Below, in pieces: positions 42,501-54,840 of a DNA stretch of 64,000 nucleotides (within the stretch, counting starts at the first letter, position 1; every line of letters starts with the position of its first letter). The stretch is taken from NCBI GenBank assembly GCA_030141605.1, contig JAQGDQ010000391.1:1-64000 (forward strand), given 5' to 3'. Origin of the DNA: Tubiluchus corallicola (taxonomy: Eukaryota; Animalia; Priapulida). The translations under genes were made by a program, and so were the position numbers. The notes under the pieces are model-generated. The model was given only the letters and a program-made list of their open reading frames with translations, was not told where the DNA came from and did not search any database.

Positions 42501-44411
42501 GCAGACAGACAGACAGACAGACAGACGGCAGGCGGTAGGCAGGCAGGCAGACAGGCAGGCAGACAGGCAGGCAGGCAGACAGACGTGATATTTTGCACTT
42601 TGTCATTATTCCTACATGCGGTGCATCATAATGCACACTTAACCTTAGATTTGCAGGATTTGAAAACTGATTCTTACCATTGAACGTTTGCTCATCGACC
42701 ACGAGTCTTCTGGTTTTTTGAACAGGAGAAAAAATTTGACTGTCTCATGAACTGACAAGTATGGCACCAGATGGCTCTCCTGTCGCACGTAAGCAACACG
42801 TTTGTTCAGACAGGACGGTTCTCCCACGTTTCCATTGACTACGATATTTCCAGTGACAAACCGGGATTTTGTCCTGTTGGCTAAAACGTCTAAAAGGGCA
42901 GTTTTTCCAGCTCCTAGAAGCACAAAATTCGTTAGTCAAAACATGTATCAATTTTTTGCGCAAGAATTTGCCAATGGCTAGTCACAGCATGTCGCCATTA
43001 TTGGATGTTCTAAGTTTGACTACTTTGGTCACACGTGGTCAAACACATTGTTGTTGTGCTAACTAAATAACATTGTTTTTGTGCCTTATAAGACAATTTA
43101 AAGTTTCCTAAAAAAAGTTTTCACTGAAAATAATGCTTAAGATTTGACCTGCACGCACTTACGAAAAAGCTTCTCAAATCTAATCCATCCTTATCTCAAA
43201 GCATAAATACAACTAGGATAAATTATAATAAATAGATAAATAAATAAATACTTTTTAACGTGTGTTTCTGTACGAAATGGCGCTATTAGACCCCATGCTA
43301 CTAATGAAATTTTTCAAAATCTGAAGCCAACATTACCACTGTGGCCCAAAATTGCAAGAACTTCGCCACCGTGGACCTCAAAGTTGATGTTCTCCAAGAT
43401 CCTCGGTCGTCGTTTCTTCTTTCCACAGCATCCGGTACTTTGCTTCCTCTCGTAGGTCAGAGCTCTGATTTGTACGTGAGGATAAGGAGAGGCCCTCAGC
43501 TCGTCCATAGAGCTGTAGTATCCCTTCCATTCTCGAGTTGCATATTCCTTGCTCTTTTGCTGCTCATATATGAATCTCTCACTTTCGGTGGGTGGTCTGC
43601 GGTAATTAGAAGGGTGGTCGCCGGCAGCCAGGGCTAGGGTGGAGCCACTCATCTTGTAGTATCCCTCTCCGGGTTTCAAGTGGGGATTGACCGCCGAGAC
43701 AAGGTCATCATTGTATCGCCTCCGGTCAGCTGTGACACCGTCCACACGATCCCAAGACGTCTCCCAGTTACCATTACTCATCTGTCGATCGCGCATGTCC
43801 TCACGACTGTAGGCAAGGTTCTCGATCCCTCGTTCTTCATGTCTGACGTCACCGTTGTGAGGCAGCAAGTAACGGTGTTCGCTTGACGTTTCCTTTTCTT
43901 CGCTGATGACGTCATGGCTCTTGCTGCGCTGATAGGGTGTGCCGAAGTCGATGTCCGGCGTGCGCACGTCCATAACACTGTGTCCGTATCTTCTTCCTTC
44001 GCCACGATGAAGACCTTCTGTTGGGATGTTGATAGCGGAATACGCCTTTGACATCCGTTCTTGTGCATTTGAACTGGATAGCCTTGGTAAGCCAAACTCT
44101 ATATACATATTTGGATCACGGTCTAGTGCAAAGTTCGAATGTCTGGCATCGTATTGCAATGCATCCACAGTACTTTTGTCAAGGTAGAAGTCACCGAACG
44201 GCATCGACTTGGCCTTGTGCAGTGCTCCTGTCGCATATTTTGAGTTTACATTAGTCCGATAGATGGCCCAGTCGTGCATGTCGTCAAGGCGACGAGATTC
44301 CGCGCGGGAATACGCACTTTGCAGGTCATCCCTGCTGGTCGACAGGTTGTGCACGCTGTTGCTGAGCGGTGGAGGTGGAAGATACCTCCTCTTGCCATTT
44401 GCGTGAAGCAT
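32907..44411 (-). CDS. ABCG5: ABCG-family half transporter, ABCG5-like, 941 aa; join(complement 43337-44411, 42678-42913, 41134-41251, 39199-39351, 38486-38602, 36976-37159, 35802-36013, 35096-35172, 32907-33560)
   Basis: Manual splicing at GT-AG sites gives compatible phases (2826 nt including stop). NBD precedes TMD, as in ABCG. Walker A GHSGAGKT, Q-loop AYVRQE, signature LATGEKKR, Walker B IVLLDEP, H-switch LTLHHP, NPCDY motif, ERREFYAE helix, several hydrophobic TM segments. ABCG5 assignment is inferred from the intact Walker A plus xTGE signature. Confidence 0.9.
33659..34848 (-). mobile_element. Rearranged cluster of MITE family B pieces (last intron of ABCG)
   Basis: 33678-33915 nearly identical to 34270-34490; extra left end at 34169 faces the inverted left end at 34848. 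Confidence 0.75.
35096..35172 (-). CDS. ABCG5: ABCG5-like coding exon 8
   Basis: TIERREFYAEVEEGLYSPVAFFFAK matches the ABCG ER..F..E...G.Y motif; TTACAG / GTAAGC. Confidence 0.9.
35802..36013 (-). CDS. ABCG5: ABCG5-like coding exon 7 (first two TM segments)
   Basis: RMFT...LDIFLAALMSVLIGVIF...DRFGFMFTMLVIAPLPFAYRLIGR; TTCCAG acceptor; weak GTACAC donor fits the phase. Confidence 0.85.
36185..36470. repeat. (CAT/CAC)n + (TCAC/TCAT)n microsatellites
   Basis: Direct inspection. Confidence 0.9.
36976..37159 (-). CDS. ABCG5: ABCG5-like coding exon 6 (NBD-TMD linker)
   Basis: DLVTLDDRSIETIAESSDRI...GACMQFFILL; TTTCAG / GTAAGT. Confidence 0.88.
37362..37705 (+). mobile_element. MITE family E (ABCG intron 5)
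   Basis: Imperfect TIR TAACCTTTTCACAGTT / AACTGAGAAAAGGCTTA; second copy at 18717. Confidence 0.72.
38486..38602 (-). CDS. ABCG5: ABCG5-like coding exon 5
   Basis: VLLSAGRMMYYGSARGMISYFSTISYSYPPLVNPCDYY; TTTCAG / GTGAGC. Confidence 0.92.
39199..39351 (-). CDS. ABCG5: ABCG5-like coding exon 4 (Walker B, D-loop, H-switch)
   Basis: IVLLDEPTTDMETYPSMFLMEYLRGLAAREKIIMLTLHHPNMEIFSMLDK; TTTCAG / GTAAGT. Confidence 0.92.
39445..39704 (-). mobile_element. MITE family C fragment, inverted (ABCG intron 3)
   Basis: GATATACGCATAAAATTGCTATAAAG...TCAGGTACCCCTTTTCTT..CT-TTAA. Confidence 0.65.
41134..41251 (-). CDS. ABCG5: ABCG5-like coding exon 3 (signature motif)
   Basis: IEQLIDDIRLAHVKDTRVSDLATGEKKRLTVACQVALNT; TTCCAG acceptor, GTATTA donor. 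Confidence 0.9.
41286..41919 (+). mobile_element. Kolobok-type MITE, family B (intron 2 of ABCG)
   Basis: TTAA-AAGAAGAC ... GTTATCTT-TTAA; body shared with 11283, 15867, 26807, 33659, 34169. Confidence 0.8.
42678..42913 (-). CDS. ABCG5: ABCG5-like coding exon 2 (Walker A end, Q-loop)
   Basis: AGKTALLDVLA...VAYVRQESHLVPYLSVHETV; CTAG acceptor, GTAAGA donor. Confidence 0.92.
43337..44411 (-). CDS. ABCG5: ABCG5-like coding exon 1 (N-terminal extension + start of NBD to GHS-G)
   Basis: 365-aa ORF ending ILENINFEVHGGEVLAILGHSG; donor GTAATG at 43336; acceptor TTTCAG places the exon start at 44434, 23 nt upstream of the ATG. Confidence 0.88.
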
Positions 44412-47400
44412 AGCGGAAGCTGAGTTATCGAAATCTGAAATTAAAAAAGAACATAGTCAGAATAGCATAAAACACAACCTCCATAACTGCAAGTACATTT
44501 GACAGATTAGTTCCACATCTTTTCAACTTCTGATTCCTTCAGTCAACTCAAACATTCTCAAAGCTGATTACCGTCGACCACAAGGGCAACAAGTGAATTC
44601 TGTAAAATATATTACTTGTTTCCAAAATAGGACCTAGACAGTAATAACAGACATTTAAAAAATAACAGAAATCTAAACGCCTTGCTTGTTAACACAACAA
44701 GCTGCATGAATTACTAAATTGGGGTATTGGTAACATGGATAGAGCTAAAGCTTGATATAGTCTATCTAGCCGTGTCCATAAGGGAAGGTAAACCTCATAT
44801 CAAACTAAGCATTTAGTGCGTTTGTAATCAGTGCTAAATAGCCAAGAGTATGTATTGGCGTGCACAATTGTATGTGCATATAATTATAATTATGTATTAA
44901 TTGTAATAGAGAAGAGTAAAAGAAATGGAACGATTTTGGGAAAAAACTTTTTTAAAATCTAAGTATAAAGTTATTCATAAAAGCTGTAAATTAGTAAATT
45001 ACTCTGTATGCGGAATTTTAGATCAAAAAGGCCATCAATATGTCACACCCTGAAATAATTTAACACTTATTTCTTTGGGAAAAAATCATCAGCTAGGCAC
45101 AAAACACAATGTTCCAGTTAAGATCGTAGGCCCCCATGGCTTGTAAGTTATCCATTGGCTACAAGATTAGCAGTTAATTGCAAAGCTCTAAGCATTAAAA
45201 AATTAACTTATTTTTTCACATCAGCCAGTTATAGCCTGACATCCTCCCCAAAAAACATTTTTTAGTGAACATACTGTACTAGCTCAAGTTCACTGAGTTC
45301 AGTTAGTCCTCGCTTAACGACGCTAATACGTTGACGTTAAGCGAGTACAGTCACTACCTATTAAAACTCTTTAACCAAATTTTGCTGCTTAAAAGCGAAA
45401 AGCAAACTTGTTTAGTTTGTGTTTACTGACTCCCCCTAGCCTAAACTTCCGATCTACACCTCTTAGCAATTTGCTTAAGCGATTTTTAAAAAGTCGAACC
45501 AGCTTATTTTCCTCTTTTGTTATACCCTTCTCCAACCAGCTCTCTCCTGTCATCAGCCCTTCACTTTATGTGCTCACACAATAGAAAGCTTTTGTTCAAT
45601 CGGCTGACCAATCCCCCCTAAGCTTCTGATTGACTCCGTGATGACTACCGAGGGTCGTCAACCTCTTCCTTACCAGAAACCACCAAAAAGGCAGATATTT
45701 ATTGCCGGAGGTTCTTGTTATTCGTCGGTATGTTGAACTGGTCAGAACACAGGGCGCTGTGTGCATTCCCCCTTTTTGGTTGTAACTTTCAGTGGGGCTT
45801 GCGTTGTATGAATTATGAGGCACAATTATTTTGAGGGTTCGCTTCGGTGAAACAGGGGCAATTTACTGTGCCTAGTAGATAACAATCGAGGCTTGTCTTG
45901 CGTTTGAATAGAAATCAGTGATATTTCTGACGTCAGTGAAGCGAATAATAACACCCCACGTCAAGTGGGTGAGTTTGACAGGTGAAACTTTGCATTTTTA
46001 CCTGTCATAGACTTGGGTTCAGAAGAATAGACTGATAATTTTAGGACAGAACGCATAAAGAAAGTAAAAAATATATAAAATAATAGAAACAGAAAAGCTA
46101 AAATGATTTACGTGCTGTATAAGTTGTTCATACACTACTCAACTTAGGCATTTATTTCAATTAGTCTTTATTTCCCATTTGCTTAAAATTTAATGAATGT
46201 TTTCAACTGTGACGTGAATTTATATTACCTACTGTGCGAGCATGAACCACAACATAACACTACACGACACGACACGCAGCATAACACAACACAAGAACAT
46301 GCAAAACAACGCAACACACAACACAATATAGTATAACACGAGACAAGACAATACAACACGCAAGACAACATCTACCTGGTCATCAGTCCTTCATTTCATG
46401 TGCTCACACAATAGAACGTTTTTATTCTATTGACTGAATAGAAACACAACAGAACACAACACAATACAAACCAACGCAACACAGCACAGTAGATCCCAGT
46501 ATGCACAGCGCAACCTAAAACAATATAAAATTACAGCGCAATAATCATATTGAAAACAATAACCAAGGCAGCATGACAACAATGTACCAAATGTTGTGAC
46601 AATATTTTTGCACAATGGGAATGTTGACTTGCCGCAGCATTGTACCAATAGTGGACGACATTATTGCTCCAATGTTGTATCAGTACTGGACAAAAACATG
46701 AACATTGTTCCAACATTATGAAAATATTTTCTGAATCAATTTTTGTCAAGGTCTTGACAAGATCGTGATCATATGGTGACAATGTCGTGTGCTGCCTGGG
46801 AATAGGTTTTTTAGATATGCCTTCTAAAGTATATTGCAGTAGTAATGAGTCAGCTAACGCAAAAATTTATACGAAAAAAAATCACAATGCTTGTCAAGAT
46901 CAAACCGCTGTTCATAATAATTCAATAATAATTAACTGCCTGGTAATTAAGTTGTTATTAAAGAAGTCGTTTGCCCAAAAGTACTTCTTTTGGAAACCAG
47001 AATTCCACATTCTTCGTGCTTTTCTTACTATTCGTTCCTGATCTTGTTCATTTTTATGAGCAGCGGCACATAATAAAAGCTATTGTCAGAGACACCGAAG
47101 TATGCTGTTAACGCAGCACGAAACTGTACTTTCCTTTATACAATAGTTTTGGAAAAAAGCAAGAAATCAGATTTCCTGGTTGCCAGACATTGTCCTGCAA
47201 TGTTGTAAACAAACGACGGCAACTCTAGCGCATCAAAATACGTATCAATCAACTTTCATTTTGTTGTTATTAGTGATCTCTTTATCGTGATCTGCTACAG
47301 AAAATTTACAATGACCTTACACCATTCGCTCAAGGTCATCAGATTTCAGCTAAAACCACTCCTTACTACACCCAAGTCTGGCTGCTTACTGCCTGCTATT

Positions 47401-49119
47401 TTTAAGACTTGAATCACTATTGACCTTGAATTAAACTCTCAAATCAGCCGATTACCCCACTAAAGTTTGCAACCCACCACTCACTACAAGTTACCCAAGC
47501 TTAGTCGCCATTTTCTTGTAGTCCATTGGTTGTAAATACAAATTTCTGGCGGTGTACCCTTCCACTGATTCCATTAGTTAACAAATATTTCTGAGTTTCT
47601 AGTAGTAGAAATTATGTTGTACCTAGGCTCGTAAACACTCAGCCAGTACTCAAGTATTAAACTAAAGACAGTGGCGACATTGTTTAGCACAAAAGGGTTA
47701 ATTCTTGGTTAAAGCACAGGAAAACTCTTTGCTTACACAAAGCTAGAAAACCGCGTCTAATTCTGTATCGCCCACATACTGTAGCTATAACAGAGCTTGA
47801 GTTAGCACTAAGGCTGTATGAAACTTGTAAATTTAGAAAACATTTATTGCAAGTTTAGATAACATTGAGCAAAGTTTGAAAAAAATAATCATGGCATTCG
47901 TAGCTCACTCTTCGCAAACTAAGCAAAAAAGTATAAATTACTTTTTCTTGTCAATAAGAAAAAATATGTTTCTGGTGAGTCAGTGGTGCACACTGGGAAG
48001 GTGAGCCAGTGACATTTTACCGGCCGACGCGAATATTTTAAATTACTAAGAATTTTCTTTTCTAATTTCGTAAGTCTTTCAAGCGGGTAAGTATAATGCA
48101 AAGTTCATAAGTTTGTATGAAAATTTTTTGGGACATATTTTAAAACTGCTGTTTCTTCCCCTTTAACTATGTATGTCCAGTTTCATTAGCGAGTCACAGT
48201 TGTATAAAAAATAATCATAAACGAAGATAGATTAGATCACCTAAAACCTCCATTTTAAATCAAAACCATAAGTGGATAGATCATTGAATCTCATTAAAAT
48301 CTTAATTGTAATATGTATATTTTTTATTAAGTAGTCTTTCCTACATAAAGCTAAATATTTTATATATCCATAGATCTCATTATTGTTGGTTGTTATTTCA
48401 ATCTTGCTGTATAGGATTATTTGCAATTATTTATTTGCTTATCACGTAGTTTTCATTATTTGCATGGGCAATTTAACACCGATGACACATATTTACAAGG
48501 ACATCACGATTCAAGCAAGTTGCGTTTGCCCCATCAGGGAAGTAGGCAACAAGTGACGAAAAAAAGAAGGAAATTGTTCAAGTTTTTCACGCGTTCTAGT
48601 CACAGTAAGGGTGCGTAAGTGAAGTCCATTGTGTTGACGAGAGCGTATTTGTTTTGCATTAGACTGTTGCTTCTTCGAACCCTAGGCGTCTTTGCTAAGT
48701 TTGCTTATTACTAATTCAAGAATAGAGTAGTTTGCCTGCTTTTCTGCCCACAACCATGTTAAATATGCATTATGCAACCACCAATTAGTAAAAAAAGTAG
48801 TTGGGAAGAGATTTTGTGAATTGTTCAGCAGGGTCTGTACCAAGCGTGACGTATCATCACTGTTAGCTGACTGATTGTTATGCCATGACAAAGGAAGTAT
48901 GGCTGTATGAACTGTAACCCAATGACAGACAGACCTACAGATCGTCAAACGCTGGTGCTAGCAATAGTTCGACTTCAGTTTTGACTCCGATTATCATTTA
49001 GTCGATTTGGAACTCACTGCCTGCATATGTTGACGGCGCACCCCTTGTAACTACACAAAATATTAAGTTATTTAAAGCCTTACATAAAGCTAACTTACCT
49101 AAAAAAATTTTTTAAGTAT

Positions 49120-49740
49120 GTCATTTATTTCAAACATAATAGGATTTCTTGTACACAATAGACGCGTTATTGTCTTTTTTATACTAGAGCGAACCGTATT
49201 CTTGGAAAATTGTTCATTATTCATTATTGTTCACTAAATGTTAAAACTCATCTGTTTAACTCTTATTGTAATTCTTTCTACAGTATGGCAACCTGGCTGC
49301 ATTTTTATAACTACAGTCGCAGCAAATTTAAAGTAGCTCACAATATTTCAAAACGCAAACTTTTCAACTACCCATATGATTATAGTTCCAGGACCATTTC
49401 AGTAGACCACGATGTTTTATACGTTGATGTAATACATAGGAAAACTGCATACAGTTTATACAGTAGAGTAATGCAAAGCTCAAATCCTCTTATGAAAGCG
49501 TTAAAGAGCAGTGACGTTTTTTACACTTCAGACATAAGAGACCAATGGAGGAAAGTATTATGTAGAAAGTATTCAGGCTTGAAGCATTGTGTATATACAT
49601 CTTTTGTACTTTATTTATATATATATATTAATTTGTGAATGTTGGAATGGAGGGGTTATAATGATTGTATGACTTGTAAGTATCGTATGTTATGTATTCT
49701 ATGAACTTAGTTCGAAATAAAGAGAAATCAAAATCAAACA
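49120..49740 (+). mobile_element. 5'-truncated LINE 3' end
   Basis: CSLNVKTHLFNSYCNSFYSMATW...FKVAHN..KRKLFNYP resembles a post-RT region of non-LTR elements; ends AATAAA + AAATC repeats. Confidence 0.7.
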
Positions 49741-52700
49741 TGTAAGTAGTTCATCTTTTTCTTTGTGTCTCTACCACACTCTTGTAAATATTGAATTTGT
49801 ATACTTTTTACCAACATGTTATATATATATATATTGTTTTCATTACACACTGTACTTTCTACTGGGTATGAATGGAATACAAAATATAATATGTATGAAA
49901 TATATTTTAGTAAACAGTCTTACTCTGATGCAAAAGTTTGAGATCAGCTCGTGTATCTTAAAGTGCCTGAAACTAGTTCTGGTTATTTTACTCTTATTTG
50001 TCCATTGTATCTAAAAAGTTGTTATGTACACGCCACGTAAGATTTTACTAGAAAAAACATGGTGGTGCTGTGTGCTTCGATTTCGATGTAAAAAATGATT
50101 TTGTGGTTGCATAAGGAACTACTTGTATGCATAGGCCTACTGTATAAATTGCCTTTTAGATAGTAACTAATTATTATTTGCCAAAATAGTTACACACTTT
50201 TGTATAGCACTAATTGCTAATTCCATACCTTCGTAGAAACTTTTTAGCGAATATGACCACAACGGTTAATGATCATTCGCACTATGTAATTTTACAACAA
50301 CCTGGAAAAGTCATACTTATATTACCTGCCGATTGTTGTTTATTTACACCTTGTGGCTGAGTTAAAACACGAGATTTGGAATGTAGGTCTAGGTCTAAGT
50401 AAGTTGAAAAAATACTTAAAAATCATTCTCGTATAACTAATAACATACTAAAAACAAACCTGCCAGCAGAAGTGGTTCAAACATAATGTTTTATGGACCT
50501 GTTTGGAAATAAATAACATTGCAGGCCTTCAAAAAAGTCGACTCTAGAAAATTGCGAAAAATTAGAACATGCCTCGTCCATGAATAGAGGTAACGAAAAT
50601 GCCCCTTAAGAAAATTCTCTTTTCAACACTTTGGCACGTAGCCCTTGTTCTGTTCTGCGTTCTCAAATGTAACGTTCAGCAAAAATCAAATGAATAAGGA
50701 CAGTAAAAATTGCCCCACATAGGAGTAAGTCAGTCAACAAAAACATTATGATCAAAAGTCTGATGTGTGCCAAAGATATGACTTCTCACAAATATTTGGA
50801 CCAGAAAAATCAACAAACGATCATAGACGAAAAGCATCAAATGGTGGCGGTTTGCGTGGAAACGGATGGAGTTTAGAAAATTTCTCATTTTACAGAAAAT
50901 CAACAAGTTTTGATAAATTACTAAAACCTGCTAAAAACATCGTTTTTGGACAAATCATAACTTTCGCAGACTGAACAGCTAAACAGCTTGACAACTCTAG
51001 GCGAAATTTGAAAAGCACATGCACGTTTTTTGAGAAAGGTGGCCACCACTGGCCAGAACAATGGCCATAGACGATGTGCTCTACTAGATAGATAGATATG
51101 AATCAAAAACTGGGGTTAAAATTTTAAAATCTCTCGACAACGTCTTACAATTATCACAGCATATAGGCCGACATTCCTTCTGCATGCTTGTGTGTTGAAA
51201 TCCTGCAGAGAATGCGGGTGTAATCTTCACGCACGCGAGCTATTCGTTGTTGTTCAATTGTTAATGACGAAACTGAATGAACTAAAAGATTGACGCTTCG
51301 GGCAATGAAACGTGTTTCTACAATGACACATCTCAGGCGCGTAAATTTCACAGTGTGAATCAGCCTTACCTTCAGTTAAATTGCTAATTTGTAATGCTTA
51401 TAATTTAATTTGCACGTTTATATATATATATATATATATGTAAATACTCACCATTTTTATAACATTTTTATTCGTACTTGTGGCACAATCACATCAAATA
51501 AGCAAACAAATCAACAAGCAATATAACATTATATAACAAGATTAATAAGCAATTTGAATATATGTGTAACATACTGTTTATTTTACCCCAGAAAGTCTGA
51601 TGAGAAATAATGTAATGATGGTGTTATCAATAATAATAATTAATATGACAACCAAGCTATTGTCATATTATCAACTAAACCGGAAAACAAGTATTAAAAA
51701 AATTGTTCAGTTGCCCTTTAAACCCAAGATTTAGGAATTTAAGTTCTGCGGGTTGGTTTGTAGCATTCAATTTTGTGCGCGATATGAAGCCGTCTGATCA
51801 ACTTGTGAATGCGGGGAGAGGTGACCCAGAAAACTCGTCACGATACAGGTGTGCAAGGTAGAAAACAGTTGAGCTTTGGTATTGGACCTGAAAACATTAC
51901 ATAGGTCAGACTTTTCGTAATTGCAGTTTTGCTGAACTTTCGAACGAAAATGTTTGTCCATTTTACTACTTTTGATTGCTGCCGTCATGTTGATGGGTGA
52001 GGAAGTTGCTACAGTTAATGGACTCCCAAGTACCAGATGTTATGGTGATAGTACTGGTGGCTGGAGGACTACCGGTTGAGCGATAGACGAGAAGGATACG
52101 ACAGTTCTCTTGTTTATTTGAGGCCAGCAAGAGGTGTCTAGAGCTTCAGACTATTTCACGGGATCCCGATCTGTAAGTTGATTTATTCTTTGCCTTACTA
52201 TGCAGCGTGTCCTGAGTACAGATGGACTAATGGTTTTCACAATTGAAAAATGTTCAATATGAACGTGATCCTACACGAGTTGAAGTCATGCCAGACATTG
52301 AAATTGTGTATGAAGTTTAGCAACGAAATGTTTCATGGATGCTGCTAATTTACATGTGACGTCACAACCCTGAATGCTGCTTTCAATGCATTAACTTGCT
52401 AGCATTTCCCCAGGGGTGGCCGGTAGTTAAGTTAAGCCCTTAGACGAACGTTTGCTACGGTTAGTTTAGCTTATATCCAATGGAAATATTACCAAGACAT
52501 TATAATATGTTAGTTATGAACACTGTTTATTTTTGGTGATATTACTTAGTTTTGCTTTCAATTTTGCCCAATAACGTGTTTCTGATATTTTTGCCAATGT
52601 TTTGTTTTGATGTATTGTGCTTTAATGACATATTTGGTCGGTTTGATTTTCGTGCCTAATATTTTGTCATTAAAAGTGATAACAGTATACTATAATTATT

Positions 52701-53307
52701 ATTGTTGCATCATTGTCCTGTTGTATTTAATTCGATTAACCGATAAGTGCTAATACAGAATCCCACAAGAACCAACACCATCTTGAAGTGGTAGCGCCCC
52801 CCGTAGACTACCCTTGCTGCGAAGCCACTATCTGGAGTTTGTGGGCAGATCCCTCTTTAAAGTAAAATTTTATGTAAACTTATTGCTCGGCCAAGGAATC
52901 TCCAGTGACTACCTTACATCTAGTCAGGCCTGCCCCATCTGCACTAGTCGTAACAATATGCAATTAAGTGAGAGTAAGATATGTTAGTATGGCTTACAAC
53001 TCATTCATTCCTATCAAAAAAATCAAAACAATTGCGTTCTAGAGCCCATATAACTTCTTTAATAAATTTACAGTCCGTATTTGTTCATCGCTAGCATTAC
53101 CTTTTACATCTAATGTACAAGAAAAAACTTTAGAAAGAAAAATTTCATTTGTGTAAAGAGTTTTGTACTCGTTACAAATAGCTAACAAGTTATAACCCAT
53201 TATAGAAGAGGCATGAAGTCGAGAACTATGTGCAAAGAAATTGGCTATATGATTTTCACTATATAAGCAACTATGGTAAAATTTAACAAATCGTTTTTGT
53301 TAAATGT

Positions 53308-54040
53308 TATTGATTGATTGATTGATTGAATATCTTTATTGACATAAACATATGATAATAACAATGTAATAATTCATGTGTTAATTAATACTGTAAAATG
53401 TTATTAAAGCTGTTTCCAGCCCACTTGGGCTTACAAGTCAATTTCATGAAAATTTATCACATAATAACTGTGCAGTTCATTTACATAGAATATCAAATAA
53501 AAAAATATATATAATATGGAATTTTAACATATACCTGAATGGACAAGTCATGTATTAAATATATATCTTGCTTTGCCTCATTCTAAAAATCTTATAAGCA
53601 TATTTTGCAGTCCTAAGGACATTCTCTTCTGACATAATATATTTCCATTTATTTACATTATCTAATTGTTCCGGGTCCATGTTAATATCTTGGAAAAATT
53701 CTTCTCTCTCTAGTCTATAATGTGTACAAACAAACATAAAGTGAGATTCATCTTCTACATCTCCACAGCAACATATCTTACACAAACGTTCACCAACCTT
53801 AACATTTCTAAACCTACCATGCTCCAGTTCCAGGGGAAGAGTACCACTTCTTAGCTTTGCAAGCACAGACCTGTATTTTCCTTGCATATTAATATAAACA
53901 TATGGTTCTACTCCAAAGCTGTTCTTATACAATATATATGTTCTAAGTTTAGGGTAATCTGCATTTTTTGCTTTCCAATCAACACATTGTTTCTCATACA
54001 GCTGTGCCCATGCTCTGCTAAGAGGTACAGTATCCATATT
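53308..54040 (-). mobile_element. 5'-truncated LINE with intact ORF2 C-terminus and (CAAT)n tail
   Basis: PKLRTY..YK..FGVEPYV...RSVLAKLRSGTLPLELEHGR...ERLCKIC...VEDESHFMFVCTHY; AATAAA followed by (TCAA)n at 53310-53340. Confidence 0.88.
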
Positions 54041-54179
54041 AACAAAACCTATTATTATTATTATATGTGCCTATGAAAGACGTATCGATGATACGCTAAG
54101 ATTAATCATACGCAAGATGAATACACGACATAGTAAGCAAATGAGGCTTGAGTAAAGAACGTGAAAACAACAAAGCCAG

Positions 54180-54840
54180 AAACTGATTAACCAAAATTAA
54201 TTTTGATTCAGAAAGCAATGTGGAATTTACCGTTAATCAGATCTCAGGGTTTTAGACAGAGTATTAATAAGATCAAGGTTTCATTTAAATATTCAGCATC
54301 TGGTATTCATATTCCGTAGACGTTTTTAATCTACGAAAACTGATGGGGAAAACGAATTCTTAAAATGAAAATAATAGTCAGTATGTATCCGTGAATAATG
54401 TTCACAACTTCAGCAATCATTTAAACTTGTTATTTTAAAATTTTAGATCCTTTCTCCTAGTGACTTTGATTTACAAAATATTTGAAACTCTTTTTGATAA
54501 ACAACTTCATTTAGAGATTAAAGATCAAGAATTATTTTGAACTGGTCCTTGTAGATGCTCGCGTTTATAGTGTCGTTCATGTCTTGTGCAAAGGTTTCTC
54601 TTATTACCACCCACAAGCTTGGTCAGACAGTGAACTGAGTTGAAGTAACATAAATTTATTTTTTCTGTCATTTGGCTTTGTATCACACGATCTAAAAGTT
54701 TAGTTAGTATTTGTCCTGTTCGCTTCTCACAATGTTTATCATTGGAATTTTTTACTGTATTTTTATTTAGGTAGATTGTGGCATAATATGTCCTTAACTG
54801 GTCGAAACGTTGCAGATGTTTGTGTCTGAATAAAAGTCTT
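54180..54840 (+). mobile_element. Decayed Penelope-like retroelement (GIY-YIG region + pLTR remnant)
   Basis: Frameshifted FKYSASG...GKT...FKILD...DFDL..IFETL..IKQL pieces resemble the Penelope endonuclease; GGTCGAAACGTTG followed by AATAAA at 54800-54834. Confidence 0.5.

Noticed and set aside
43341-44254. Overlapping and antisense ORFs within ABCG exon 1 (also 32947-33207, 36931-37170, 39201-39416)
   Set aside because: Shadow ORFs of real coding exons.
51985-52180. Possible plus-strand first exon of a divergent gene (ends CT|GTAAGT)
   Set aside because: ATG-initiated frames stop before the donor and show no ABCG8-like motif.
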